This document shows positions 1-12,345 of a stretch of DNA of 64,000 bases, in pieces. The DNA comes from Macrostomum hystrix (taxonomy: Eukaryota; Animalia; Platyhelminthes), in NCBI GenBank assembly GCA_950097015.1, contig CATNEN010000038.1, positions 10,044,001-10,108,000 of the forward strand. Direction: 5' to 3'. Made by a program: the position numbers and the translations under genes. Every line of letters begins with the position of its first letter. Position 1 is the first letter of the stretch. The notes below the pieces were generated by a model. That model was not told where the DNA came from and searched no databases. It saw only the letters and a program-made list of their open reading frames with translations.

Positions 1-114
1 TTCCTGCGACTGCGCACTAGACGCGGCGAACTGCTGGTGGCGCCAGACAGAGACTTCCTGCTGGCTGTGCTGCAGGAGCCGGGGCAATGCGACAGGGACG
101 GCCTGGCTGGATGA
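1..114 (+). CDS. DYNLRB: 3' end (partial) of dynein light chain roadblock/LC7-family gene
   Basis: Frame 1 reads FLRLRTRRGELLVAPDRDFLLAVLQEPGQCDRDGLAG* (TGA 112-114). This matches the roadblock C-terminus pattern FLRIRSKKxEIMVAPDK(D/E)YxLIVIQxP. Not in the ORF track; the start lies upstream of the window. Confidence 0.85.
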   Translation, partial: FLRLRTRRGELLVAPDRDFLLAVLQEPGQCDRDGLAG

Positions 115-195
115 GAAACACAGCTAACTAATCATAATGATAATTATTATTATTATAACTATCTTTCTTCAATTCTTGGATATCTTATTTCGAAA

Positions 196-293
196 GGTCT
201 AGGGTTCGATTCTCAGTCCTTAATTAAGCGAGTCGCTTGATTCTTAATTCCCCATTGTTTTAGTTCACCTAGCTTTAAAATGGATAGCTTGGG
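196..293 (+). mobile_element. Degenerate fragment of tRNA/CORE-type SINE (family B)
   Basis: B-box GGTTCGATTC followed by ttagttcacctagctttaaaatgg, similar to the TTCAGTTCACCCAGCTGTTAAATGG segment of the copy at 60876-61194. Confidence 0.45.
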
Positions 294-320
294 TAGAAAT
301 TTTGTGTGGTTCCTGGTCTA

Positions 321-643
321 ATAATAATACTATAATAATTGCAGGAGGGCTGCGGGCAATGGCACATCATTTAGTGACACTAGACCCGCAGCCAGCGAGG
401 AGGCAATTCTGCCCATTTCGCTGACTCCTGAGCACACACGCACACAGTTACTGTACGCAGGCACACGCTCACACAGGTGTGTACATCTGCCCTGACTTTC
501 TCATCGCCAGGCAGTGCACACTCTCACTGTGCCTTGGAGGTTGGCCCTCAAGGGCGCAAATAAATGTGGCCTCGTCGCGGAATCGAACTCAGGGACCTTG
601 GAGCGAGAGGCAAACGCGTTAGACCGCTCTGCCACCGACCCCC
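321..643 (-). mobile_element. tRNA-derived SINE family A, full length with TSD
   Basis: Minus-strand head GGGGGTCGGTGGCAGAGCGGTCTAACGCG...GAGTTCGATTCC (A and B boxes) and an (ATT)n tail. Flanked by gtggttcctggtcta (306-320) and gtggttccaggtcta (644-658), a 15-bp TSD with 1 mismatch. Homologous copies at 35851 and 52996. Confidence 0.85.
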
Positions 644-1044
644 GTGGTTCCAGGTCTACCCTAGTCCAGGGACTGAAAGTTAACCACTGTATATCTGGCC
701 CAAGTGGGTTAGTCCCTTAACTATACAAATTGCTCGGATTCAATTGTATATTAAGACTTGTTAAAGTATAATTTACTCGAGTTTAATCAGTCTGTAGTAC
801 TATGGTCTTCCGCTACGTATGGTCTATTTTGTGTGCCTTATAAAGTGCAAAAATTTATTGTGCAATTATTTCTACTTCAAATAGGTGATGCATGTTTTTT
901 AAGGCGTAATCACACTTTTATGTATGTGCCTTTAATTATTATCCAGCTGTTGCTTATAAAAACGTGTATAACAGTTTTTATGGTATTGTTTTTGCTTTTA
1001 AATTTCTTCCCTAAGTCACAATTTTTCATTTGACTATACATTTT

Positions 1045-1775
1045 GGCGACGGCGAGAGAGATCATAGAAAGGGCGATGGCGAGAGAGATCGGAGAAATGC
1101 CGACGGTGAAAAAGATATAAGAGAAATGCCTACAGTGAAATAAGGTCAGAGAAAGGGCGATGGCGAGAGAGATCATAGAAAGGGCGACGGCGAGAGAGAT
1201 CGGAGAAATGCCGACGGTGGAAAATATATCAGAGAAATGCCTACGGTGAAATAAGGTCAGAGAAAGGGCGACGGCGACAGAATCTGAGAAAGGGCGATGG
1301 CGAGAGAGATCAGAGAAATGCCGACGGCGAGAGAGATCAGAGAAATGCCGACGGTGAAATAAGGTCAGAGAAAGGGCGACGGCGACAGAATCTGAGAAAG
1401 GGCGATGGCGAGAGAGATCAGAGAAATGCCGACGGTGAAATAAGGTCAGAGAAAGGGCGACGGCGACAGAATCTGAGAAAGGGCGATGGCGAGAGAGATC
1501 AGAGAAATGCCGACGGCGAGAGAGATCAGAGAAATGCCGACGGTGAAATAAGGTCAGAGAAAGGGCGACGGCGACAGAATCTGAGAAAGGGCGATGGCGA
1601 GAGAGATCAGAGAAATGCCGACGGCGAAAGAGAAATCACAGAAATGCCGTCGGCGAGACATCAGGGTAAGGGCGACGGCGAGAGAGAGATCATAGAAATG
1701 TCGACGGCGAAATAGAGATCAGAGAAATGTCTACGGCGAAATAAAGATTAGAGAAGTGCCGACGGCGAGAGAGAT
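1045..1775. repeat. Minisatellite, ~27-bp unit gacggcgagagagatcagagaaatgcc with 81/108-bp higher-order pattern
   Basis: Direct reading; the variant aatctgagaaaggg recurs at about 1281, 1389, 1470 and 1578. Confidence 0.9.
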
Positions 1776-2659
1776 TTCGATCATGGTCATGCAATCTGAA
1801 ATCGTCGTGTGTCATTTTTTGTAACGGCGATGTTGAAATGTCACAAATCGTTTTAAATCTTTCACTTTTTTTGGTGTCGAGTATTATTAACGCTTAAAGC
1901 ATTGAGTTTAAGCTAAACGTTTATTATCTCATAAGCATGCGGTTATATTTGTCCCTATTGACATTCATTTTTCTGTTATTTTACACCTCATAGCTTGCAT
2001 ATTTATAGTCGCACAAGTTCAATTCAATAATTTGTTTTGTATAAGCGGCAAATCCAACACTTTATTAACCGGCTCAAATCGCTTCAGAGTGCCTTTAAAA
2101 TATACTCGCAGATATTGCTTGGATACAGGACAGGTGTTTGAATGTTATATCCAGCTATTCAATGGCGATGAATCTGCTGAAATTGGGCTGAAATCTTCGG
2201 GAGTTTTACTGTGACCAGCTTTTTTATTGCATCATCAAAAATAATCTATTCTCCGTCTCCCTCCTTAATCCCAGTTCTCCCAATCCTAAATCCCGATTCC
2301 ACCTGATTCCCAGTTCTCCCCATTTATGTCTCTATCTCCCTCCTGCTGGTGCAGGTCAGGGCTGAGGGAATCTCGATGGGGAAAGACCTATTGGAAATCT
2401 CCATGGGGAAATTCCTATGGGAAATCTGGCGTCCTCCCCATCTGCCATCTCAATCCCAGTGCTTCGCATCTCTCTCCTGAATCCCAATTCTCCCTATCGC
2501 TATCTTTATCTTTTTCCTGCTGGTGTAGGTCAGGGCCAAGGGCATGAGCATGGATTCTCGATGAGGAAGTACCAATGGGAAATTTCCATTAAGTAAATAC
2601 CAGTCAGAGATCTTAATGGGGGAATAACAATTTGGAAATCTCCATCGGGAAATTCCGAT

Positions 2660-3276
2660 GAAAAATATTAATTAAGGAAATACCAATGGGAAATCTCGAT
2701 GGGGAATTACCAATGGGAAATCTCGACGGGGAAATACCAGTGGGAAATCTCGACGGGAAAATCCCAATGGCAAATCTCGACGGGGCAATACCAATGGAAA
2801 TCTCGACGGGGAAATACCAATGGCAAATCTCGACGGGGAAATACCAATGGGAAATTTCGACGGGAAAATCCCAATGGCAAATCTCGACGGGGAAATCCCA
2901 ATGGCAAATCTCGACGGGGAAATCCCAATGGCAAATCTCGATGGGGAAATACCAATGGGAAATCTCGACGGGGAAATAACAATGGGAAATCTCGACGGGG
3001 AAATACCAATGGGAAATCTCGATGGGGAATTATCAATGGGAGATCTCAATGGGGAAATACCAATGGGAAATCTCGACGGGGAAATACCAGTGGGAAATCT
3101 CGACGAGGAATTACCAATGGGAAATCTCGATGGGTGGGGAAATACCAATGGGAAATCTCGACGGGGAATTACCAATGGGAAATCAATGGGAAATCTCGAT
3201 GGGTGGGGAAATACCAATGGGAAATCTCGATGGGGAATTACCAATGGGAAATCTCGATGGGGAAATACCAATGGGA
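2660..3276. repeat. Minisatellite, 27-bp unit ggaaataccaatgggaaatctcgacgg
   Basis: Tandem unit (translates GNLDGEIPM); degenerate copies extend back to about 2365. Confidence 0.92.
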
Positions 3277-3796
3277 GATTCTCCCATTCTCCCATCTCCC
3301 TCCTCCCAGCCAATCAGTAGCACAAGTCACAGAATGTTCGCATTCGATTCAACGCGTCAATTGTGGAAAATGCACTACTATCACGCTTCGTTATTTTTCT
3401 AACAGCAATTATATCCCTTCGAGATTTTCCTACAATAATTGGCTGGGCCTTGCGCTTCGCCATTCATCTGATAAAGTTCTTTGATTTTGTCGTGTCCCGA
3501 AGCTGTGTAGCAACCGGTTTGTACTCAGTAATTGGCCGGTGGATAATAAGCTAATCAGTTCCAACCAGTCTGTTATTTTATTTGCTTGTCCATTGGCCCA
3601 GCAAACAAGCAGAAACATTCTTCTTGGCGAACTTAGTTGAATTGTGCAAAAGTCAAACTACCGAACTTCTTGTTACAGTAAATTTGAAATTTCCGGCATA
3701 CCAGCACGGCTTCCCAACTTGTGACTAATTAGTTTTTCTTTTTAGGGCATTCTTGCTGGTGGTTTCTTACCTGGAAAGTTTGTCTTCCGCGGTAAC

Positions 3797-4718
3797 TCTA
3801 ACAGGTGAGCTCAGTTCAAAGCCTGTGTGTCTAACAGGTGAGCTCAGTTCAAAGCCTGTGTGTCTAACAGGTGAGCTCAGTTCAAAGCCTGTGTGTCTAA
3901 CAGGTGAGCTCAGTTCAAAGCCTGTGTGTCTAACAGGTGAGCTCAGTTCAAAGCCTGTGTGTCTAACAGGTGAACTCAGTTCAAAGCCTGTGTGTCTAAC
4001 AGGTGAGCTCAGTTCAAAGCCTGTGTGTCTAACAGGTGAGCTCAGTTCAAAGCCTGTGTGTCTAACAGGTGAGCTCAGTTCAAAGCCTGCATGGTTTACA
4101 CAGCCTGTGTGTCTAACAGGTGAGCTCAGTTCAAAGTCTGTGTGTCTAACAGGTGAGCTCAGTTCAAAGCCTGTGTGTCTAACAGGTGAGCTCAGTTCAA
4201 AGCCTGTGTCTAACAGGTGAGCTCAGTTCAAAGCCTGTGTGTCTAACAGGTGAGCTCAGTTCAAAGCCTGTGTCTAACAGGTGAGCTCAGTTCAAAGCCT
4301 GTGTGTCTAACAGGTGAGCTCAGTTCAAAGCCTGCATGGTTTACACAGCCTGTGTGTCTAACAGGTGAGCTCAGTTCAAAGTCTGTGTGTCTAACAGGTG
4401 AGCTCAGTTCAAAGTCTGTGTGTCTAACAGGTGAGCTCAGTTCAAAGCCTGTGTGTCTAACAGGTGAGCTCAGTTCAGAGTCTGTGTGTCTAACAGGTGA
4501 GCTCAGTTCAGAGTCTGTGTGTCTAACAGGTGAGCTCAGTTCAGAGTCTGTGTGTCTAACAGGTGAGCTCAGTTCAAAGCCTGTGTGTCTAACAGGTGAG
4601 CTCAGTTCAAAGCCTGTGTCTAACAGGTGAGCTCAGTTCAAAGCCTGTGTGTCTAACAGGTGAGCTCAGTTCAAAGCCTGTATGGTTTACACAGCCTGTG
4701 TCTAACAGTTGAGCTCAA
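3797..4718. repeat. Minisatellite, 33-bp unit ctaacaggtgagctcagttcaaagcctgtgtgt
   Basis: Roughly 26-27 near-identical units (LTGELSSKPVC period in the ORF track). Confidence 0.95.
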
Positions 4719-5071
4719 TTCAATTCAGCAAGGGAGAGGATAATATTCCTGTTTCTGATTGATGCTCTGATGATGAAATTGTAAAAATTTCATTCCAGCG
4801 GAGGTGGGGACGATTGGAGAGGAAAAAATATAATATTAACAAATAGACTAGGTTATCATCTATCATCTTTCTGAGTAGCCTGGATGTAGTGCTGCATAGA
4901 CAGACAGACAGGATGGGGTTGAGCGAGATTTGCCGGACCCCATGGAGGCAGCAGGCGTCCAATCAGAATCGCTCTCGCCCAATTTTTGTCATACCCGCCC
5001 GGACGATGGAATAAGAACAGCCGCGGCCGGCGCTGTCCACTGCTCCCACGCTCTCCGCAGAGACCATCGCC

Positions 5072-5689
5072 ATGCCCAACAGCTGGGATATATTCCTCGG
5101 CGATTCCATCGTGATCCTGGTTGTGGCCATTGGCGCGCTGATCCTGCTGGCCTACTGCCTGTTCCGCTGCTGCTCCGGGGGCAACATCGCCAACTCCGAG
5201 GGCGTCCAGAAACTCGTCGAAGACGACGACGATGACGACGAGGATGACGACGTAGAAGAAGACGACGAGCGAGACGGTGTGGACGAGCTGGACGACAGCG
5301 TCGGCGATGATCGACGACGTCGACGGTTCGCGTCGGCAACGGCGCGCAGTTTTGACTGCGAAGCGTTCGTGCTTGACGACGCCGATGTCACCGCTGCCGC
5401 CGCCGAGGCTGACGACGAGGCTAACCTCGGCGAGGGCTACTATTATTCTGGCGTCGACGCAACGGTGCGAGCGCCAGCCAGTCGACGTCACGCTGCGGTC
5501 GATGCAGACGTAGGTGTCGTCTGCCACGGAGAGACAGCCGGCCTGTTGGCAGGCTCGCCGATGGAGGCCGAGACCAATCTGGATGCGGCTGCGGCGGCTT
5601 CCAGCCGGGTCCGGCCGGCAGCCACCATCGTGCGCCTCTGCCAGCCCTGCGGCGAAGCTGTCGACCCGGCGAATGCAGAGTTTCTCTGA
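5072..5689 (+). CDS. Orphan single-pass (type III-like) membrane protein, 205 aa, with acidic tail
   Basis: GC-rich codon-biased ORF; Kozak-like atcgccATG 11 nt after the acceptor ctctccgcag (5051-5060); hydrophobic helix IVILVVAIGALILLAYCLF followed by RCC; poly-D/E tract. Confidence 0.7.
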   Translation: MPNSWDIFLGDSIVILVVAIGALILLAYCLFRCCSGGNIANSEGVQKLVEDDDDDDEDDDVEEDDERDGVDELDDSVGDDRRRRRFASATARSFDCEAFVLDDADVTAAAAEADDEANLGEGYYYSGVDATVRAPASRRHAAVDADVGVVCHGETAGLLAGSPMEAETNLDAAAAASSRVRPAATIVRLCQPCGEAVDPANAEFL

Positions 5690-6049
5690 GATCCCTGAAC
5701 GTTGTTGTATAATGTGAGCATTTTTCTCGCCTAAGAAATCTGATGGCTTTCATTTGATTTGGTTCTGATTCTGATTCATGAGTTCGAGTGATTGTGGCCG
5801 CCCTCCAGTCCATGAACTGAGCAGATGTACACAGCTTTTGCATGCTTTTGGTGTCACTGGCTGCACACCCGACCCGATTATTAAAAAAACACTTTAGTTT
5901 TGTGCGACTACGGTTATTTCGTTGTTTGCCAATTATAATTGCCTGTCAAATGTTTGGAATAGAAATGTGGCTTTTATGTTGTTAATATGAGAGTTGTAAT
6001 CTTCAAAATAATATAAAATGTGACGAGGTGGAGGACAGGATATTCAATG

Positions 6050-6910
6050 AGAGAGGCAAGGAGACAGACAAGGAGAGAGACAGGGTGGGAGACAGGGAGA
6101 GAGGCAGGGAGAGAGGCGGGGAGAGAGACAGGGAGAGAGACAGGGAGAGAGGCGGGGAGAGAGGCAGGGAGAGAGGCGGGGAGAGAGACAGGGAGAGAGA
6201 CAGGGAGAGAGACAGGGAGATAGACAGGGAGATAGACAGGGAGAGAGACAGGGAGAGAGACAGGGAGAGAGACAGGGAGAGTGGTGGGGAGAGAGACGGA
6301 GAGAGACAGCGACAGACAGGGTGAGAGAGTGTGAGAGACAGGGAGAGAGACAGGGACAGAGGCAGGGACAGAGGCAGGACAGAGGCAGGACAGAGACAGG
6401 GACAGAGGCAGGGACAGAGGCAGGACAGAGGCAGGACAGAGGTAGGGACAGAGGCAGGACAGAGGTAGGGACAGAGGCAGGACAGAGGTAGGGACAGAGG
6501 CAGGACAGAGGCAGGACAGAGGCAGGGACAGAGGCAGGGACAGAGGCAGGACAGAGGCAGGACAGAGGTAGGGACAGAGGCAGGACAGAGGCAGGGACAG
6601 AGGCAGGGACAGAGGCAGGACAGAGGTAGGGACAGAGGCAGGACAGAGGCAGGACAGAGGCAGGGACAGAGGTAGGGACAGAGGCAGGACAGAGGTAGGG
6701 ACAGAGGCAGGACAGAGGTAGGGACAGAGGCAGGACAGAGGTAGGGACAGAGGTAGGACAGAGGCAGGGACAGAGGCAGGGACAGAGGCAGGACAGAGGC
6801 AGGAAAGAGGTAGGGACAGAGGCAGGACAGAGGTAGGGACAGAGGCAGGACAGAGGCAGGACAGAGGCAGGGACAGAGGCAGGGACAGAGGCAGGACAGA
6901 GGCAGGGGAC
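6050..6910. repeat. Purine-rich 11/12-bp satellite (gggacagaggca / gggagagagaca)
   Basis: Direct reading. Confidence 0.92.
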
Positions 6911-7227
6911 AACGCTTCGAGACTGGAGAGAGAAAGAGAAGCTGAAGGCATATAATAAATGTAAAACGCTGTCTGTTTTATCCTACAGTTTCGCATGCTT
7001 ACACAGCCTGTCTGTTGATTGTAAAATTGTTCTATTGTATTTCTTACAAGCGTTTTGGTAGCAAAATTGTTGTATTGTATTTTTGTTTCAATTAAAGTAT
7101 AAGATTTTTGTCATATGAAATAAATAGATGTGAATATTTCTTGTACCGTGCTTCGTTTCGTTAATGTGTTTTGAAAATACGGGCTCGTAGCTTTGATTTT
7201 TACGAGCATTACTGAAGGCGTAGACGG

Positions 7228-7715
7228 CACTGGAGGGTGTGAAGTGTGACAGCACTGGAGGGTGTGAGGTGTGGCACTGGCGGGTGTGAAGTGTGGCATG
7301 GAGGGTGTGAAGTGTGGCATGGAGGGTGTGGAGTGTGGCATGGAGGGTGTGAAGTGTGGCACTTATGGGTGTGAAGTGTGGCACTTAAGGGTGTGAAGTG
7401 TGGCAGCACTGGAGGGTGTGAAGTGTGACACTGGAGGGTGTGAAGTGTGGCAGCACTGGAGGGTGTGAAGTGTGACACTGGAGGGTGTGAAGTGTGGCAT
7501 GGAGGGTGTGAAGTGTGGCATGGAGGGTGTGAAGTGTGGCATGGAGGGTGTGAAGTGTGACAGCACTGGAGGGTGTGAGGTGTGGCACTGGAGGGTGTGA
7601 AGTGTGGCATGGAGGGTGTGAAGTGTGGCATGGAGGGTGTGAAGTGTGGCATGGAGGGTGTTAAGTGTGACACTGGAGGGTGTGAAGTGGCACTGCAGGG
7701 GTGAAGTGTGGCTCA
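7228..7715. repeat. Minisatellite, 21-bp unit ggagggtgtgaagtgtggcat (24-bp variants)
   Basis: Direct reading. Confidence 0.92.
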
Positions 7716-8399
7716 CAAAGTGGTAATCAAAGGATAAGCAAAACAGAGAAAACTAAAGTCATTTTAGACTGCCGGAAAGAAATATTGCAGGAAACTGGCG
7801 GCGAATTTTGAGAAAATCGTAGAATGAGCACGTTGTTTTTTCATGCGATCTTCGCTCTATATATTATGTAATAGCTTATATATATATATATATATATACA
7901 GATATTTGTTTATTTACTGCCCCAGCGACCCGGTGTCGACTTGAATTTCGAATTTATTTCCCCGAGAAGGAAAGAGATTGAGGGAAGGATAAGGTCTGGT
8001 TTAAAGCTGCATAGGAGATCCTCAACCAACTCTTGGGATAGAGGAATGAAGGGAGTTAGATGGATAAGGGTAGCCTGAGCTCCATATGAGCAGATGCGCT
8101 TCGTTGATTAACGGAAATGACGTGGGACCAATGCCATAGGATTGGTCAGCGAATCGGTGCGAGTCAAGTCAACAAGTCTCAAAGTGCCTGCTAATTATGC
8201 TAATTAGCTCAGTTGATAATTAGCCTCTGAACTAGTTATGCAGCGAAAATTGACCTGATCTGAGCTGTACGCAATGGGCAGAATTTAAATGTACTTAATT
8301 TATGATTAATATATTGAATGAATTTCAGAGAAGCAAGTTAGAAACACACGTGGAGAAAAAGACTGAAGTCTAAGAGTCTGAGTCAGAGGAACACGTAGA

Positions 8400-9850
8400 G
8401 ACAGAGTCTGAGAGACAGAGAGACAGAGAGATAGAGGGACATAGGGACAGAGGGACAGAGGGACAGAGGGACAGAGGGACAGAGGGACAGAGAGATAGAG
8501 AAATAGATCAGATAGAGAGACAGAGAGATAGAGAGATAGAGAGATAGTGAGATAGATCAGATAGAGAGACAGAGAGACAGAGAGATAGAGAGATAGATCA
8601 GATAGAGAGACAGAGAGACAGAGAGATAGAGAGATAGATCAGATAGAGAGACAGAGAGACAGAGAGATAGAGAGATAGATCAGATAGAGAGACAAAGAGA
8701 CAGAGAGACAGAGAGATAGATCAGATAGAGAGACAGAGAGACAGAGAGATAGAGAGATAGATCAGATAGAGAGACAAAGAGACAGAGAGACAGAGAGATA
8801 GATCAGATAGAGAGACAGAGAGACAGAGAGATAGAGAGATAGATCAGATAGAGAGACAGAGAGACAGAGATACAGAGGGACAGAGGGACAGAGGGACAGA
8901 GGGACAGAGAGACAGAGGGACAGAGAGACAGAGGGACAGAGGGACAGAGGGGCAGAGGGACAGAGGGACAGAGGGACAGAGGGACAGAGGGACAGAGGGA
9001 CAGAGAGACAGGGGGACAGAGGGACAGAGGGACAGAGGGACAGAGGGACAGAGAGATAGAGAAATAGATCAGATAGAGAGACAGAGAGATAGATCAGATA
9101 GAGAGACAGAGAGATAGAGAGATAGATCAGATAGAGAGACAGAGAGACAGAGAGACAGAGAGATAGAGAGATAGTGAGATAGATCAGATAGAGAGACAGA
9201 GAGACAGAGAGATAGAGAGATAGATCAGATAGAGAGACAGAGAGACAGAGAGATAGAGAGATAGATCAGATAGAGAGACAAAGAGACAGAGAGACAGAGA
9301 GATAGATCAGATAGAGAGACAGAGAGACAGAGAGATAGAGAGATAGATCAGATAGAGAGACAGAGAGACAGAGATACAGAGGGACAGAGGGACAGAGAGA
9401 CAGAGGGACAGAGAGACAGAGGGACAGAGGGACAGAGGGGCAGAGGGACAGAGGGACAGAGGGACAGAGGGACAGAGGGACAGAGAGACAGGGGGACAGA
9501 GGGACAGAGGGACAGAGGGACAGAGGGACAGAGGGACAGAGGGACAGAGGGACAGAGGGACAGAGGGACAGAGGGACAGAGGGACAGAGGGGCAGAGAGA
9601 CAGATGGACAGAGGGACAGAGGGACAGAGGGACAGAGGGACAGAGGGACAGAGGGACAGAGGGACAGAGGGACAGAGGGGCAGAGAGACAGATGGACAGA
9701 GGGACAAAAAGACTGGGAGACAGAGAGAAAGACATAGAGGCAGAGAAACAGAGAGACAGTGATACAGATAGAGACATTGAGCAGATAGAGAGATAACAGA
9801 TTAGAAATAGCAGATAGAGAGATAGCAGATAGGGAGAGACAGTGGGACAT
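8400..9850. repeat. Compound (gggacaga)n / (gagataga-tcagata) satellite
   Basis: Direct reading; alternating blocks with internal block duplications. Confidence 0.92.
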
Positions 9851-10539
9851 AAAATGAAAGTTGAGTAGAAGAATGCTGCAGGATAAAATCGAGAATGCCA
9901 ACAAAGCAGTCTGGCAGTCTGGCAGGCAGGCAGGCAGGCAGTCATGCAGGCAGGCAGGCAGGCAGCTCGCGTGCTGCAGGCTTATTGCGTGTCGTTGGCT
10001 GGCGATGACTGTGAATTAGAGGTATGTTCCACGTGGAGTGGCAGGTAGGGCCTGGATGGCAGTGATGATAATCTCTGTAATCGGACAGCGCCTTCCCCAT
10101 GGGAAAGAGGTGAAATTTTCCGTGAAGTCGCGCTCACCTGAGTTTCGACAGCGGTCCGGGGCCATTAGCGCCGCGCAGTCCGCTTCGGGCGTGTAGAGAG
10201 GGGATTGAATTTTTGATTGCACGTCGCGATGGGCAAGGCAGGACAGGTGACAAGGGATTTGAATGGCTAATCCCGCCTGTACAGTATACATAATCTATCC
10301 GCAGACTGCCAGCTTAAAGCAGATGAGGGCTGACATCGAATTTCCTTAGTATAATCCGCCATTATTTACTTACTTTCAAAGGAAATGTGTGACACCAACC
10401 TGCTGCTGCTTTCACCAAAGCGTCCACCAAAACCTTTTCAGTCGGCTGTCCTAAAAAAGTTAAAAAGGATTCACGCAAACACTAGTGGCTATTGAAAAAG
10501 CGCTCCCCACGACCCTCTATATATTCATCTCTTTTCGCA

Positions 10540-11345
10540 TTCTCTTCCTCTCCAAACTCTATTTCTCCCCCACATCTCTCTTTCTTCCAATCTCTCTCTC
10601 CCCAACTCTCTTTCTCCCCATCTCTCTTTCTCCCCATCTCTCTCTTTCTTCAAGACTCTCTCTTTCTTCCCAACTCTCTGTCTCCCCACCTCTCTCTTTC
10701 TCCCATCTCTCTCTATTTCTCCCCAACTCTCTTTCTCCCCATCTCTCTTTCTCCCCATCTCTCTCTTTCTCCCCAACTCTCTTTCTCCACATCTCTCTCT
10801 TTCTCCCCACCTCTCTCTTTCTCCCCAACTCTCTCTTTCTCCCATCTCTCTCTATTTCTCCACATCTCTCTCTTTCTCCCCATCTCTCTCTTTCTCCCCA
10901 ACTCTCTTTCTCCCTAACTCTTTTTCTCCCCATCTCTCTCTTTCTCTCCAACTCTCTCTTTCTCCGCATCTCTCTCTTTCTCCCCAACTCTCTCTTTCTC
11001 CCCATCTCTCTCTTTCTCCCCATCTCTCTCTTTCTCCCCAACTCTCTCTTTCTCGCCACCTCTCTCTTTCTCGCCACCTCTCTCTTTCTCCCCACCTCTC
11101 TCTTTCTCCCCATCTCTTTCTCCCCAACTCTCTCTTGCTCCCCAACTCTCTTTCTCCCCACCTCTCTCTTTCTCCCCATCTCTCTCTTGCTCCCCAACTG
11201 TCTCTTTCTCCCATCTCTCTCTATTTCTCCACATCTCTCTCTTTCTTCCCATCTCTCTCTTTCTCCCCATCTCTCTCTTTCTTCCCATCTCTCTTTCTCT
11301 CCATCTCTCTATTTCTCCCCATCTATCTCTCTCTTTCTCTCCTTC
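10540..11345. repeat. CT-rich minisatellite (~16-18 bp, tctctctttctccccaac/atc)
   Basis: Direct reading. Confidence 0.9.
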
Positions 11346-11929
11346 TTCCCTGTCGAAGAATATAAAAATATTCGAAATATTGGCAAATTTAATTTTAACC
11401 TCTGCGCTTCTTCTTTACCGCGTCAGTGCCTTGGATTGGAGGTACTCTCTCCTCTCTCCCCTTCGCCCCATCTCTCTCAGTTACTATAATTCTGCCCCTG
11501 ACCTAGCAAATGATCAATTATACAGGAATCGTGCGGCAGCTGAATTAATGGCCATATTATGATTGCACATCCACTTTTTTATTATCGTTGGCTCATTATT
11601 AACGAAATAATGCAGCATGGGACAATGGTCCTAAAATGTATTTTTTTATGGATAGTTTCCCAGATCCACAGGTTCAGCATTGCTAATGCTTTCTGCCGCT
11701 CCGTGGTCTTAAAATGTCGATAAAGTACGTGTACAAAAAATGTCCCCATGAGGTCTAGCTGATAGAGGTGCATTGTGGTGTTTTTTGCTCACAATATTAT
11801 ACATTAGAGGATCGTATCAGACATGTAGGAGATCTGCTTGCCAGTGCTTGGCTTGTATTTTTTCCGCATGGCAACCATGGTTGTTTAATGTCATGAACCA
11901 ATGACTTCACTGGCTCGAAATCAGTTTCG

Positions 11930-12345
11930 AATATCTATTGGATGTCTATCTAGTGATATCTATTGGATGTCTATCTAGTGATATCTATTGGATGCCTCTC
12001 TAATAATATCTATTGCGTGCCTATCTTATAATATCTATCGGATGTCTATCTAATGATATCTATTGGAGGTCTATCTAATTATAACTATCGGATATCTATC
12101 TAGTGATATCTATTGGATGTCTATCTAATTATATCTATCGGATATCTATCTAGTGATATCTATTGGATGTCTATCTAATTATATCTATCGGATATCTATC
12201 TAGTGATATCTATTGTATGTCTATCTAATCATATCTATCGGATGTCTATCTAGTGATATCTATTGGATGCCTCTCTAATAATATCTATTGGGTGCCTATC
12301 TTATAATATCTATCGGATGTCTATCTAATGATATCTATTGTATCT
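11930..12345. repeat. Minisatellite, ~25-bp unit gatatctattggatgtctatctagt
   Basis: Direct reading. Confidence 0.9.

Noticed and set aside
4856-5527. 223-aa minus-strand ORF
   Set aside because: Antisense shadow of the codon-biased + strand CDS at 5072-5689.
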